Of a DNA stretch of 64,000 nucleotides, positions 8,782-22,259 are shown one piece after another (the first letter of the stretch is position 1; the number at the start of each line of letters is the position of its first letter). The notes beneath the pieces were generated by a model. That model did not search any database, was not told where the DNA came from, and was given only the letters and a program-made list of their open reading frames with translations. The translations under genes were made by a program, and so were the position numbers. The DNA is from Strigamia acuminata (Eukaryota). The stretch is taken from assembly GCA_949358305.1 (NCBI GenBank), contig OX442314.1:32178001-32242000 (forward strand). The letters run 5' to 3'.

Positions 8782-11700
8782 TTAAATTGGTGCAGCTAAG
8801 TCTGAATTCTGCTTAAGCTTGTAACTGTATGCTGCTGAACTTGTGCGCACGCTACCAGATTTAAAATTGATCGAAAAAATTAATTCAACGAGAAATATAA
8901 TTCCAGAGCAGAAAACTCCTCCGATGAGAATCAGAAATGCTGTGATTGTGTGGTAAATAGAGATGGGTTTGCACTCATAATTTCTTGCATCGCAAAATGT
9001 TGGTGTTGTATAATTGTCCTCAACTCTGGTCATGATCCCTTTTTCTTTTAACTTCAAAATGCTGAAATGTAGATTGCAAATTTAGTCAAAAAATCTTTAC
9101 AAACCTACTCCTACCAGTACTCACTTCTGATTAAATGAATCCACATACTTTGAATTTTTATTAAACACGTAATACCCTAAAAGTGCACTCGGGATTTTTA
9201 CAAAACTTAACGAGCAGTTTTGTCCGTACATCTCTTTCAAGGGGTTGTAATAATGTATGATGGCATTGTGGTTTGTCAAAAGCAGTTTTGGAGCATCTGC
9301 CATGGAGCAGTCTCCTTTTTTGGGATTTTTTTCCATACGATGCCAAATATCTCTTGTAAGATTCGTGTTTGCATTCTACCACAAAAAAATAAGATCGTAA
9401 TTAGCTATTTCCTCCAGACAAGACTTCGTTGGGAGTCTTTTTCTTAATGTTACTGAAAGAGGGCACTTCAGATTAGAGCATTCCAGCTAACAACTAATTC
9501 AATTTGAGTAAACATGTCTGGGTTGCTGCAATACTACCCAGCTGTGAGAACCAAAACTTGTGAAGATGAAGCAACTAATGAGTTTATTTGAAGCTGAATA
9601 AACTTAAGGAAGGTTGGGCAAAGTCCAAGTGCAAAGTACAAGAATTCGTTATTCGATATTGTAAACAATGAGACAATATTAATCGATATTACTAGCAACA
9701 TTACTCGACTATGCATTAAACTACACAAGCGATACAAGCGATATAAAATGTAATTAGTTTAATTTCCACACCAGCACCGTGGTAACACAGTGAAACACAA
9801 CCCCTACACCAGGGTTTCTTAAACTTTTTCCACTCGCGACCCCTATTCGTCCGAGAAATTTTTAAGCGTTTCCAGGTACCGGTATGTACAGTCATGGACA
9901 AAAAAAAACTTTCCTTCAGTTTAGCTGTTTTAAGTTTAACTATCATTATTTGCCCGGTCTATCTTTAAATACTGTTGTTAGGGCAAGACGAGAGACCGGG
10001 TCAAGATTGATGTCATTGAATCTTAATAGATTTTTTTATGTCACGTAGTAGATAAACTTAAAACAGGTAAACTGAAAGGAAGTTTTTTTTCCCACGACTT
10101 TACGTGTATATCAATAGGTATACACATCCAAAAAAGTTAGCTCCCCATTAATGCTGGGCGCACACATACCGCAATTTCGCATCGCGTCGCGATTTCGCAA
10201 CCGAAATCGCCCTGTGAATCGCGCACAATGCTACACACATGTAGCTATTCCAGCTTCGCAATTTCAAGGTTATGACGTCATTCCTTCATTTCAAACAGCT
10301 CACGTATTGCCTGCGACATGAATCGCAGGCGAAATAGTACTTGCCCCAAGTACATTTCCAACCGACGCGAAGGAAATGACATCATCTGCGCATGCGCAAT
10401 GGCAACGCGATTGTGCCGCGATGCGAACTCGCGGTATGTGTGCGCCCAGCATAACGGAACATACAAATAGAGCCACTGGAAAAAAATATGGCTTTACACG
10501 TTTTTTAATTGCTGAAAAGTTAATGTAAATTTGAACTTTCGGCTTTGTAAAGTCACATTTACAAAGATTGTAAATTTTTGTTTTAAACAAGAACTTTACA
10601 AAATTAAAAAGACATTTTACAATGAACACGCACAATTACTTTACAGTTTGTAAATTTCGAATTTGTCAAATTTAACAAGAAATTTAATTTAAATTTAATT
10701 TTTTAATTTTAAACCTTAAATATGGTATTTTTTAAACTTCTAAATTTATTAAAATTTATTTCAAAATATTTGCATGTGAATATTTTCATTATTCCATGAA
10801 AATAAATTTCATAAAAATAAACCCCATGAAAATAAATCCCATGAAAATAAATCCCATGAAATTTTTATAAAAATCTCACATAAGATATGCAGAGGATTCA
10901 TAGCCTCAATAAAAAAAGTGAACAAAATCAACAGAAGGCAATGATACAAGCTCGCATCAATGTCCTGGTTGTTAGATATTCTAAAACCAAATTAAAATGT
11001 AAAATTACAGAATTTGTATCACCTTTTTGTTTCATTTAACTCTAACAATGATATTCTAATTAAGTTTTGAAGTAAAATTGATAGAACAAACCTCATATTT
11101 AACAAATGTAAATTTCTTAGTTTTTTATTTTTGAAATATATCGCCAGCTGGTGATAAACTCAGACATTAACTTTACAAGTCATTTACAAGCAACTTAAAT
11201 TATTGCGAATTATTGCGATTATTGCGAATATTGCGAATATTGCGAATTATTGCGAATTATGGCGAATTATTGCGAATTATTGCGAATTATACGTTTTTAG
11301 GACAAAAATTATATAAAGTCACTTCATATAATTTTTGTCTTAAAAACGTATAATCCCTTGGGATGAGCGGCTTTGCTAGTTACCATCAAAATTGCAGCAA
11401 TGTGGTAATATCAAACAAAATCTAACAACACTAGACAAACATTATTACCCAGAATAAGATTGCTTTCAATTCCTGTCCTGTGATGCTTTGGTTTTTTTTC
11501 TATTACCTTAATGAGATTGTAGGGGTAGTACGATCCAAAAGCGTACAATTTGACTTTGTCGTCCAACAATACATCTTGAATACTGTTGTATTGCAGTCGC
11601 GATGTTGTAACAGTGAGTGATGTGTATAGGACCGCACTGTAGCTTGAAATGATTAGCAGACGAAAGAAGTATCCCGTTCCAGTAATTGCATAAGCTTTCA

Positions 11701-12028
11701 TACAAAATATAATAAAAGTGACTTGTAACTTGATTAGTTTTGTATAATCTTATAGGGAGATATATTTACCTGAATATGAGGCTGTTTTTTTGTGGTATTT
11801 GGAGATCGAAGCAAGAGAGAGCGAAAAGAAGAGATAAGTAGCTAAAATACACAACCAAACGATCATGGAAAAGGGTTTGAAAAATGTCATCCATAAATAT
11901 TGTTTTATAGTGCTGTCTTGCTGCATGACAAACGCAAATGTGTCTCTATAGCACGGAAAGTTTACAAAGTCAAGATTCAACACACGTTCTGCACTCATTA
12001 TAAATGTCTCTCTGCTGACGTCAAATTG
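8782..12028 (-). CDS. Divergent ionotropic receptor (IR/iGluR-like), last four exons: 12028-11770, 11694-11507, 9375-9125, 9061-8782
   Basis: FFKPFSMIVW (pre-M1/M1), IISSYSAVL (SYTANL-like M3), FNKNSKYVDSFNQNILKLKEKGI (S2), PISIYHTITAFLILIGG (M4). GT-AG junctions are phase-compatible. Confidence 0.85.
9889..10100. mobile_element. Tc1/mariner-type MITE
   Basis: TA-flanked, ~50-bp imperfect TIRs starting CAGTCATGG. Confidence 0.65.
10152..10451. mobile_element. PIF/Harbinger-type MITE
   Basis: TIR TGCTGGGCGCACACATACCGC, TAA on both sides. Confidence 0.8.
11197..11353. repeat. (ATTATTGCGA)n microsatellite (~9 units) followed by a ~65-bp palindrome
   Basis: Directly visible; palindrome ATTATACGTTTTTAGGAC...GTCTTAAAAACGTATAAT. 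Confidence 0.7.
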
Positions 12029-12719
12029 CTTATAAAAAGTAGACAAGTTGAATGATAAATGCATTATTAAAATGTTGCACGTTGTACTAAAGTTTACAAT
12101 TTTTTTTGATTAAACTCAATTGATTAAAATTTCTCAAGAAAATAACATCCCGACCATTTAGATTTTAAACAGGAATTGATTCATTTTTCAAGTTTCAATC
12201 CGTTATTCATTCATAATTGTGGGGTAGGTTTATTGGAACAAACTGTATACTCGTATACTTGTACTTTGTGAGACTTGTAAGACTTTACAAGTCTCACAAA
12301 GTATCCTTGCACAAACTCGCTATCATAGTATCACAATAGATGCGTTCACATTGATAAAGAAAATTCTGCTCAAGCTCAACGGTATTATGGTAAGTTGATA
12401 ACCTCGTTTTCATTTCCAAATATGATGTTTGTATGTCACTTTGCTTAAGTTTTAGTCCATTTAGTTTGATTTTGTTTAAGCAAGCGGTTGTGACACGTAT
12501 TGTCCTTAACTTATCTTACCGGTACGGTAAGTAACAAAATACAATTTGCGCATGCTCGGTTAAACAATCATTCAGATCATAGCAGCGCACGCGCACAAGC
12601 CATCGCGTTAGTTATAATATTATTTCATTTAGGAGCATTCAATGATAAGTCATTTATTTCACTTATTTCTCTTAACCATTTAACCAATTGGAACACACCT
12701 AATGTTTTAATCAAAACCC

Positions 12720-15700
12720 TCACTTTGTTTTTCAATTTTGCCAATATATTGCTGTCATCCTCAATGATAATTTTAACTATTGAGCTAGAAATATGAAAAA
12801 ATTTATGTCAGCAGTATACCAAACATAAAACACTTTACCAAATGTTTCTCATTTTTTCCACTATGTCATCTAGAATTTCATAATTTATTAAATCTATTGC
12901 AGTTATAAATTCTGGTGGTATTTCAATCTGTAAAAAACAGGATCGTTTCTTAGTAATCCTTCTATTTCAAATCAAACAAACGATCATGTTAAAAAGAATT
13001 AAAAGCCAATTAAAATACACTAGTCTTTCCATAGGTCTTTCAGTTGTTTCCAGCCGAAAGACAGCATATATTAATTGTCATTTAATTCTTTTTAACATAA
13101 CACTAAAGTGACATTCATATGAAATAGAAGTTTTAAAACAGTCATGTCAAGTTAAATAAACTCGACATGACTGTTTGTTTGTTTGTTTGTTTCAACGTCT
13201 CGTGTACTGTACACCACTGAAACAATAATGGATGCCCAAATAGTCTGATCCAACTCAAAAACTGCTTTTTTTTCGTTATGACAAAGGTTAAGATATATTT
13301 TGAAACCAGTTGCAGTTTGTAGACGATTTAATTTTTTTTTTGGCATAACAAAAGCCTTCATCCAAAGACGTAGTTTTTTAGATTTAGTTTGTGATGATTA
13401 TAAACCCGTATTTATCAATGTTCACAACAGATGGCGCTGTTTAATAAACGCGCGTAATTCAAACTTAAGAAAGCTAGAAGTAATAATAAATCATTACTTC
13501 AACAAGATGAATAAATTATAACTAGTTTATTAGAATATAACTAAGTATTAATTACTTGATGGTATTGATTCTATCGAATCAATATTAAAGTTCACTTACC
13601 TTTCAAAGGGGACCAATCGGACCCTTCTTGACCCAATTCCGTATTAGGTCCAAGCCCCTTGTCTCTTTTAGGTCCGAACTAATGACCTACGAATCCGCCG
13701 ATTCGTGCACTAATTGGCTGTCGTCAATCTAGTAGTTCTCAAGAACTATATAAGCTCTGGGTTTCCACCCAGTAACCCCCCTGGCTTGATTCTGAATATG
13801 TCTATATTGTCTGTAGTTGAATTGTTGTTATCGTTTGATCTCACTTTCTCTGTCGACACATCAGGCCTCCTCAGCTCTTCACAATTAGTATTAATACTAG
13901 ATTGTTATTGTTGTTGTAGGGCCCTTTCGGGAAGGCTAACTCCGGTAATAGACATGTTAACAACATGAAATGGCCCCGTAACGTTAGCTTGCTGTTCTAC
14001 GGGACAGTTAGAGTTCGTACGGTGGCTTAATATAACGGCCCTATACAGTAAGGCCTTGCTAGTTGGAAGTAGGCCCCTCAGCTAACTGGCCTCAGTCCGC
14101 TGCAAGATGGCTGTTGTAAATTGTCCGCTCAGGTTCCCGTCGTTCTCTGGCTGGTCCTTCCGTACGTTAAAGGTCGATAAAGGGCCAATGTACAGGCGAC
14201 ACGCCGGGTTGGTAGCCCATGAGTAATATCTACAAGATGATGCGTTAAATAACTACCTGGATAATGGTAATCCAACAGCGGTGGCTGATTAATATTTTAC
14301 CCGGTGCTCGATCTACTGATCCCGCCATCGTAAGGCATGCTGGCGGATGGAGGAGTCAAATCCTCCCGCGATGGTTCTCTCGACCGTCGTGACGGTCCCT
14401 GCCCCATTGTATACTCCGGGTTGGTAGCCCGTGAACGGTATTATGAATACTGTGCTAAACAAACTACTCGGGTATTGGTAATCCTGTATTGGCAGGTCCA
14501 TAGAAATGTTTACTCGGTGTTTGGTACCACCGATAGCGCCTTGTCGTTTACAAACAAATACTCGGCGCCTGATCACGAGATCTTGTTGTCGTAAGGCATG
14601 CTGGCGGATGGAGCCTCAACAACTCCCGCGACGGTCCTGCCGACTGACGTGACTGTCCCCGCCCCATTAATATTTATATAACAATAAATTGTTATATTAC
14701 GCTAATCACTTTATATTTATTTGATTCAGGAATATTCTACAAGAATATTCCCTTTAATACGAAGGACTCTTCGTAATATTAGATGTTCGAGCTGCGGACC
14801 AAATACGTCTCCGTAGCGTTATTTGTGACGATGCCGCAAGTCAGCCGTATTCCTCTGGCTTCGCCCGGATCCTCAACCAGTTGATGCCGCCCGTTTACAC
14901 GCGCCCAGAACCTTTATCTATTGTTATTATTCAGTAATAAATATGTTATGTCACATGAAACCGTAAGTTATTTCCATTCGAGTAATTATTCATGGCACAC
15001 ACGAATTCAGTAGCTTATCTCGGTTAGGTTGTTGTTAGTCATAACAACGTCTTGTCTAAACCAATTTATCTATTTCAATAGCTAATAATTTAGCCCAAAA
15101 AGTAGAATCGTCACAAGTATTTTATATTTAGTTGTTTAAAATTATGTTTTACCAATATAAGGATGGTTTCTTGGTTAACATTTGTTCTTTAATCGGTTTT
15201 ACTATTTTCTTTTCATTCTTTACTTTCCATTGGCCCAGTTTGGGGTATGGGGTGTACGTAAGAGAATTTTGGTTTATATAACATCGCAAACTTAATTATA
15301 AGTTAATCACAATTTCAGAATGCCACATGTAATAATTTTTTCAATTGTAATAACACGCTTTACCTTGCTGACAGTGAAATTTTGTTTCTTCAGAAACAAT
15401 GTTGTGTGTGAAATTTCTTCAAATTGACATTTTTGTTGCCCTGCACAGTTTATCCCTAAATTGGTTGATTGAAAAAGATTCCCACCAAATTCATACTTCA
15501 ATAACTGCAAGCTAAAATCCTAGAATTAAAAATAAAAAAATATTCATATTACCGTACTGCCTCATTTAAACGCCCGGGCGTTTAAATTTTTTTTGGGCCG
15601 ACTGCCAGGCGGTAATTTGAAACCAGGCGGTTAAATGAGCCAGGCGTTTATCCAGAAAAATTGTTTTCAAAAAAATTCCGGAAAACAAAGTACTAAAAAA

Positions 15701-17800
15701 TAATATTTTTTTGAAAGAAAATTGTTATTTTTTACTGTGTTAACACGCTAACACGGAAACAATGTGATAAACAAACAATGAAGGCAATTTATATACGTAC
15801 AAAACGTAACGTGTGCGTACGTTATGCAGACGTCATTGCCTATTGCGGGTTTACCCGGCGCCAATTTCAAACCCGGCGTCAATACGGGGCGGGCGTTAAT
15901 AGAATTTTGAACGTACGTCTGCCCGGCGTTAAAACGGGCCCGGCGCCTAAGTGAATCCAGGCGTTTGAATGAGGCAGTACGGTAACTTTTTTATTTATAA
16001 CTTTTAATTTGCATCTGCTATTATTTTAAAGTTCAGATGTACTGAATCCAAGGTTTGAAGAGATGTGTAGTGAACAGGCTCATTCACCAATGCAAATTTA
16101 TTGCGATTGCATGATTTTTGTTTGCAGCCACTCCTAATCAGACCGCGTGTCAAAGCAAATATGGGGAAAAATATGCGTCTTCGAATAAAAGAAATATGGT
16201 ATGATTGAACCTTATGAGAAGTTTCAATTCACCAATTAATTGATTTAAACAAGCACATCTGGATACACCGTGTACTTTCAAAAATATTGAAGTTGAATAG
16301 TATTCTTTCATAACAAGATAAACATTCTGTGCATATACCGGGTGGCCCACATAAAAGCGGCCCGACAATACACAAGAAGGGTTACGAAGGGTGACTCAAA
16401 AAAATGTATTTACGCACAAAATTAAATATACATTAATCATTAGCTGAGGGCAGTGTTGTTTAATTGATGTTTCTAGTGTAGTTTTTTCCGCTCTTTCGTT
16501 TGGTGTTTAGTTTTGGACGATCCGAGCATTGGTTCTCGAGATATTTGCATTTTTAATCAATTATTGTCCGAATTCGCCAAGTTTGATTTTTTTGAGTCAC
16601 CCTTCGTAACCCTTCTTGTGTATTGTCGGGCCGCTTTTATGTGGGCCACCCGGTATTATTTAACTAAGAAATGACTCTCACCATACGTAGTTGCGAATAT
16701 GTGAATAAGTAAACTTTATTCTGTTTCCATACGGTGAGATCTTGTAACCAGTGCAAATATGCATCATGCTTTTGATCTCTAGTTCCTAATGTTTCCTTGA
16801 CAACAACCATCAATATTTTGTTTTCAACTGAGTTAAAAGTATAATGGGTAAGCTGGAATGAAAATTTATTATTAAATATGTAGCCAGAATGCAGTGTTAC
16901 ACTGGGTTCCCACTTGACTCAAACACAGCAGAAAGTTCTGTTATTTGCCAATATCCGAGATTTAAACTTGACAATGAATTTGAAATCATCAAATGCGGCT
17001 AATGTTCAGCCGATTCCCCGTGCTTAGTTTCAACGGGAAACGAAGCTTTTTTTTAACCACATTCGAGCAATCAAATGCGGCCAAATTTTCAAATTTACCA
17101 ATTTATGCACAAAAGCTGCCAAATAAAATATTTTCTGTCCACTTTTCTGCCCACTTTTCTTGCGAGATGGGAACCAGCAACAGAAAAGTTTACATTTAAG
17201 CTCTGAAAATTTTCTGCCATAGAAACCTTTCTATCGAGTTTTTTATTCAAGTGGGAACCGAGCGTTAAAACTAGAATAGATTAGATCAACAAACATTCGG
17301 TCGGCATGGCAATAAGTTGACAAACGTGACTGCCTACCATAGCTTGTCAAACTAATGCTGTTTCCGACTAGCAGAATGATTGATTGAGTTTGAGGAGAAT
17401 GCTCTTTACTTGTTCACAACTTTCTATCCAAATGATAATCAGTTGAAAAGGAGCATAATTAAAATCTAATGATGTATTAGTGAATTGTTGTGCCGACATT
17501 TGTATTTTTCCAGCCCAACTGAAACGCATCAATTTCAACAAGCAAGTTGGCACTAGAATTTTTAAAAAATATTAATATTTAAAAATGAAAAAAAAATAAT
17601 TAATTTAGTAACCATAATCATTTTGATAAGTAATATATATTCTTCTTGCAGTTGTGATTTGTACAATATTCGATAATTGAAAAATGAGTTGGTTGTCACA
17701 ATCAGATAAAGATGAATTCAGTGAGAGAGAATTTTTCAAAGCTTAAAGAAGAAGCATTCATGTTCAAGTTTCTGTTTTATCAATGTTCTTAATTACTGAG
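12720..17800 (-). CDS. Probable upstream exons of the IR gene, dispersed among TEs (approx. 12720-12785, 12838-12928, 15364-15520, 16000-16320, 16680-16880, 17360-17550, 17630-17770)
   Basis: Short open segments with splice-like ends between MITEs and the LTR, e.g. IEIPPEFITAIDLINYEILDDIVEKM. Boundaries were not verified. Confidence 0.4.
13390..15115 (+). mobile_element. ~1.73 kb LTR-like repeat, copy B (probable solo LTR)
   Basis: TGTGAT..GTCACA termini; diverged colinear copy of 110-1769; no internal domain adjacent; flanks AGTT/AGTA match only partly as a TSD. Confidence 0.8.
15552..15982. mobile_element. pogo/Tigger-type MITE
   Basis: TA flanks; TIR CCGTACTGCCTCATT; internal CCGGCG repeats. 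Confidence 0.8.
16338..16653. mobile_element. Tc1/mariner-type MITE
   Basis: TA flanks; ~65-bp perfect TIR CCGGGTGGCCCACATAAAAGCGG... Confidence 0.85.
16900..17264. mobile_element. PIF/Harbinger-type MITE
   Basis: TTA on both sides; TIR core GGTTCCCACTTGA. Confidence 0.7.
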
Positions 17801-19053
17801 AAGTAAAAATAAATTAATAAAACGTGTAATCAGCTTACTGTTTGAAATGTCTATAAATTCAACGATTAAATAAAAGAAAAATATTCTTAAAATGTTCATG
17901 ATAAAAGAAAACTTGCACGCTGTTTCGTTCACAGTCCCAGTGATATTGACTGCTGCACACGCTTGACACGAGACACGATCAAACTGATGTTAGCAACCAT
18001 TGCGAACAACTCGTGTAAAAATAATTACAACTGTCATTTCATAAACAATTAGATAAATCAGACAACTGTCAAGTCGCAAGATTTTGTCCCGAGATCTCGC
18101 TGCACGACCGTGAAGCGCGACAAACGATATTAAATAAAATTTATTTAATATCGTGGCAATATCGGTATCGGCCACGCAAAAAAATATCGGATTCGATATC
18201 GGTGTTTAACGAAATATCGGCCGATAGCCGATACCGATACCGGTATCGGTCAAAGTCTAAAATAAATGATGATAGTTTGTGATTGGCGGTAGGATAACTC
18301 GCGGTCTGTGGAGGACTGCTGAGACCCACTGCTAAACCAGTGCCAACTGGTGACAGTTGGTCACATGTTTATTTAAATTAACGATATGTTGGAACATTTT
18401 GAACTCTATAGTATTAACTATTATACGCGCGACATTCTTTTTCGCGACATTGCGGTTATGCATACTGTTTGCATGTATAATCACGACGTTGCGCGCGTGC
18501 ATCTTGTGAGTATGCATACGCACGACATTAAGCTGTGCGATGTCGCACAAGTGAATATTGTTTGTATTCATTCGCACGACATGATGTTACTATTGTGGAT
18601 CGACATCATTGTTTTGGTCTTTTACCCCTCATCAGCACTTAAAAAGATCTTTAGCTGTTTAGTGTGTATTCGTTTATTGCAGTGTGCATGTAAACTTACA
18701 AGGGGAGAGCACCAATAAGCTATCACAGATTGTTGTAATATTAAACAAGAAGGATTGTTATATCATGCTGAATGAGACCCTAAAATAATTTCATTCCATG
18801 AACAGCCAACAATGCAAACAATGAGCTGAAAGTTGGCACTATTTTGTCTGTGTATACATCAAATCTGAGCAATCAGGCCTAGTGTATGAATACTGTAAAC
18901 AACAGTTGCTAGGTAAAAAATAGTTCCAAGATCCAAGTTCAATTTTATCATTTGAGATTCAATGATGTCATTTCCTCTTTTGATATCACATGACATATGA
19001 CATCAGAACTTTGTTCAACAACATGACTGTCTTCATGAAGACAATAATAGTTT

Positions 19054-19125
19054 GTAGTGGTGGTTCAGTGGTTAAGGCAATGGACCAGGAATCTTTCCAC
19101 ACAGGTTCAAATCCTGTTGGGTGTG
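19054..19125 (+). pseudogene. tRNA-Ser-like sequence (SINE-head-like), left arm
   Basis: GTAGTGGTGGTTCAGTGGTTAAGGCAATGGAC...ACAGGTTCAAATCCTGT with A and B boxes; acceptor stem pairs poorly; T-run follows. Confidence 0.7.
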
Positions 19126-19297
19126 AAAATTTTTACATTTATTTTTTGTTAAATTTTAGCAGTTATTTTAATGTTTGTAATTTTATATTTGTTAAAAAAT
19201 TAAAATTAACCAAATTAAAATTTTCTGGAAACAAATATAAAATTACAAACATTAAAATAACTGCTAAAATTTAACAAAAAATAAATGTAAATATATT

Positions 19298-19369
19298 CAC
19301 ACCCAACAGGATTTGAACCTGTGTGGAAAGATTCCTGGTCCATTGCCTTAACCACTGAACCACCACTAC
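19298..19369 (-). pseudogene. tRNA-Ser-like sequence, right arm
   Basis: Reverse complement of 19054-19125. Confidence 0.7.
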
Positions 19370-19921
19370 AAACTATTATTGTCTTCATGAAGACAGTCAT
19401 GTTGTTGAACAAAGTTCTGATGTCATATGTCATGTGATATCAAAAGAGGAAATGACATCATTGAATCTCAAATGATAAAATTGAACTTGGATCTTGGAAC
19501 TATTTTTTACCTAGCAACTGTTGTTTACAGTATTCATACACTAGGCCTGATTGCTCAGATTTGATGTATACACAGACAAAATAGTGCCAACTTTCAGCTC
19601 ATTGTTTGCATTGTTGGCTGTTCATGGAATGAAATTATTTTAGGGTCTCATTCAGCATGATATAACAATCCTTCTTGTTTAATATTACAACAATCTGTGA
19701 TAGCTTATTGGTGCTCTCCCCTTGTTAGTATATCTACTGCATTTAATTGCGTTTGGATTAAAATTGTGGTTTTGATCTTAGCAATGTTGCAACAGCTGAA
19801 GCAAGCGGTCGAATGATCAGTTAACATTTCAAAGTGACATGTAAGTGTGATAGAAACACACAATTCCAAAATAAACAGTATGTCCATCATGGTTAACGTA
19901 TAGTTTAAAGGATCGTTTATA

Positions 19922-20320
19922 TAGGGTGTCCCAAAAATAACGCAAGATTTGAATTAGCCGCCATTTGTGCAGTAAATTGTTGGCGACCCTGAAACAACAA
20001 CGATTTGACAGCCGAAAGTTTAGGGTTTTATCTGCCGAAATTGGATAATGTGGTTTTAACAAGACGGTGCCACACGCCATATTACCATGGAAACAATTCA
20101 ATTACTGCATGAGACATCACCGGTTTCGGTGATCAGAATTGGCCCCTTTTTCTTGCACCGTCTTGTTGAAACCACATATTGGCCACATCAAAATAATCCA
20201 ATTTCGGCAGATAAAACCCTAAACTTTCAGCTGTCAAATTGTTGTTGTTTCAGGGTTGCAAACAATTTACTGCACAAATGGCGGCTAATTCAAATCTTGC
20301 GTTATTTTTGGGACACCCTA
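19922..20320. mobile_element. Tc1/mariner deletion derivative with long TIRs
   Basis: TA flanks; ~125-bp TIRs; centre encodes the transposase remnant WF*QDGATRH. Confidence 0.85.
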
Positions 20321-21654
20321 TACAAAAAATGTTTTCACATTTGTTTGAAAACACATTTTTGCAAAATATATTTACATTTAACTAGGCCCAAAAAAAGAAA
20401 GTTAATTTTACTGCCAAAAGATAGCGCCACCGTGCTGTGCAATTGATAAAGTACTCGTAAAGACCGCAATTGATTCTGATTTGTGAAGCATGTATCTGAA
20501 GCTGATTAGAGAAATATGTGTGCAATAAATTTCTTTTCTTCTTCTGTTCTTAAATAATGTAGGATATTTGAATAATATTGTACCGTATGTGATCTAGTTT
20601 TAAAAAGCTGAAAAAATTAATAAATGTTTTTAAAAAAGGGTTCAGGACACATTTCCTCAGTATTGTTGGAAAATACCGTGTATACCTTTCCTCTAAACCA
20701 ATGGTTCTTAACCTCTTTAACAGTCGGCACCCCCTTCACTTTTAAAATCTGTGCTCGCACCCGTTACAAAAAGAAAAAAATAATTTTTCAGCTAATATTT
20801 TACTTGCTTTACCTAACCACTTATACAAGTTACCGTAGTAAACATTTTTCTGAAGTGGCCTAGCGAGGACCACCGGTTAAGAAGCGCTGTCCTAGACATT
20901 TTAAGTTTGCTAATTTGCCGGTACACAGTCGAACCTCGTTATAACAGACCGCGTTATAACGAATTTTTAAAAATGACGTGGTTAGCCAGCCATAGAAGAC
21001 CATGATAAAAACTTTTGATATGAACTTAACAAATTTTAATATAAGGAATTATTCGTTCTCACAAACTTTTGTTATAACAAATTTTGAAAATTGATAGCAT
21101 GACTTACGACTGATGTCTTCATTTTGAAAATGAGAGTAAAACAGAACACATTGGTGAAATTTCCTATTTTAAAATGGCTGCTAAGGGAAAAGCAATTTCT
21201 GTTCAAGGCAAGTGAATCCCCAGATCAAGTACTAGGTCATCATCCAAGCGGACATTTATCTCGATTTTTTCCTTCCCTCGCTTTCTATTGTTTTCAGGCC
21301 AAATAATAACTAAAGTCACAATTTTTAATGTTGCTTATTCTAAAAAAAAATAATAACTGCTGCAAAATTGTACGCAAATCTCGATTTATTTTTTTTATTA
21401 ATTTAATTTATTTCCCAAAAATGTAATATAATTTTTACCATTGAAAAACAACAATTATTGCCTAATTCCAGAGATTTACTTTTAAGCCTTGAAAAAAAAT
21501 ACTCTAAAAGAAAAAAACACAAAAACAAAAACAAAATACGAAAAATCACACAGTTTCCTAAAACAGCACTCCTCAAAGTGTTGGTCCTCGAGCAAGAGAC
21601 CGACAGTCCACACCGTGGTCCACACTTTACCATTGAAACGCAAAGATTAATGCA

Positions 21655-22092
21655 TAGGGTGAGCCAGAGACCTGATCATTTTGAAAATGTACAATAATTA
21701 CTCTGTAACTAATTACGAGTAACATTTTTATTTGAAAATAAAACCATTGTACAGAGTTTAAAAAACCATTTTTATGTCCGCAAAATTATATCACTCAGAT
21801 GTGTTCCTTTGCTGATGCGCCATCCGTTGCTCCATGCCCACCGAAATGGCATTGATTGACATATTTCTTCCCCCAACAATCACTACTTTACTCAAAATGG
21901 TGGCTAAGAAACAAGCAGAGAAAAATCATCCCGTCTCTCTGACTCAAGAAAAACATCCGAATGATATAATTTTCCAGACATAAAAATGACATTTCAAACT
22001 CAGTACAACGATTTAAGTTCCAAATAAAAATTTGAATTAGCCACAGAATAATTACATTTTCAAAAGCGTCACGTTTCTCTGGCTCACCCTGA
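21655..22092. mobile_element. Tc1/mariner-type remnant
   Basis: TIR AGGGTGAGCCAGAGA / TCTCTGGCTCACCCT. Confidence 0.6.
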
Positions 22093-22259
22093 GCAGCGTA
22101 ATCTTAGGTTACTGGTTCGTAACACACTGGGAAAAAAATAACCAATCCGCTAGTCGCTACATTTCGTAGTTCGAAAAGCGCTCTTGTTTGCTAAAACGCT
22201 ACACTTGAAATGTTGTCTTTTCCTGCGTTCAACGTCACAAGCACAAACATTAAACGAAG

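Larger units (their letters stand above)
18699..19724. repeat. ~1.03 kb foldback palindrome (two ~490-bp arms, ~40-bp AT-rich spacer)
   Basis: CAAGGGGAGAGCACC...GGTGCTCTCCCCTTG, TTA on both sides; arms nearly identical (mirror ORFs 18990+ and 19433-). Confidence 0.92.

Noticed and set aside
19054..19125. Functional tRNA-Ser gene
   Set aside because: Acceptor and anticodon stems pair poorly, the long variable arm is missing and CpGs are mutated.
18990..19433. Paired ORFs MTYDIRTLF on both strands
   Set aside because: Mirror images produced by the palindrome; no coding evidence.
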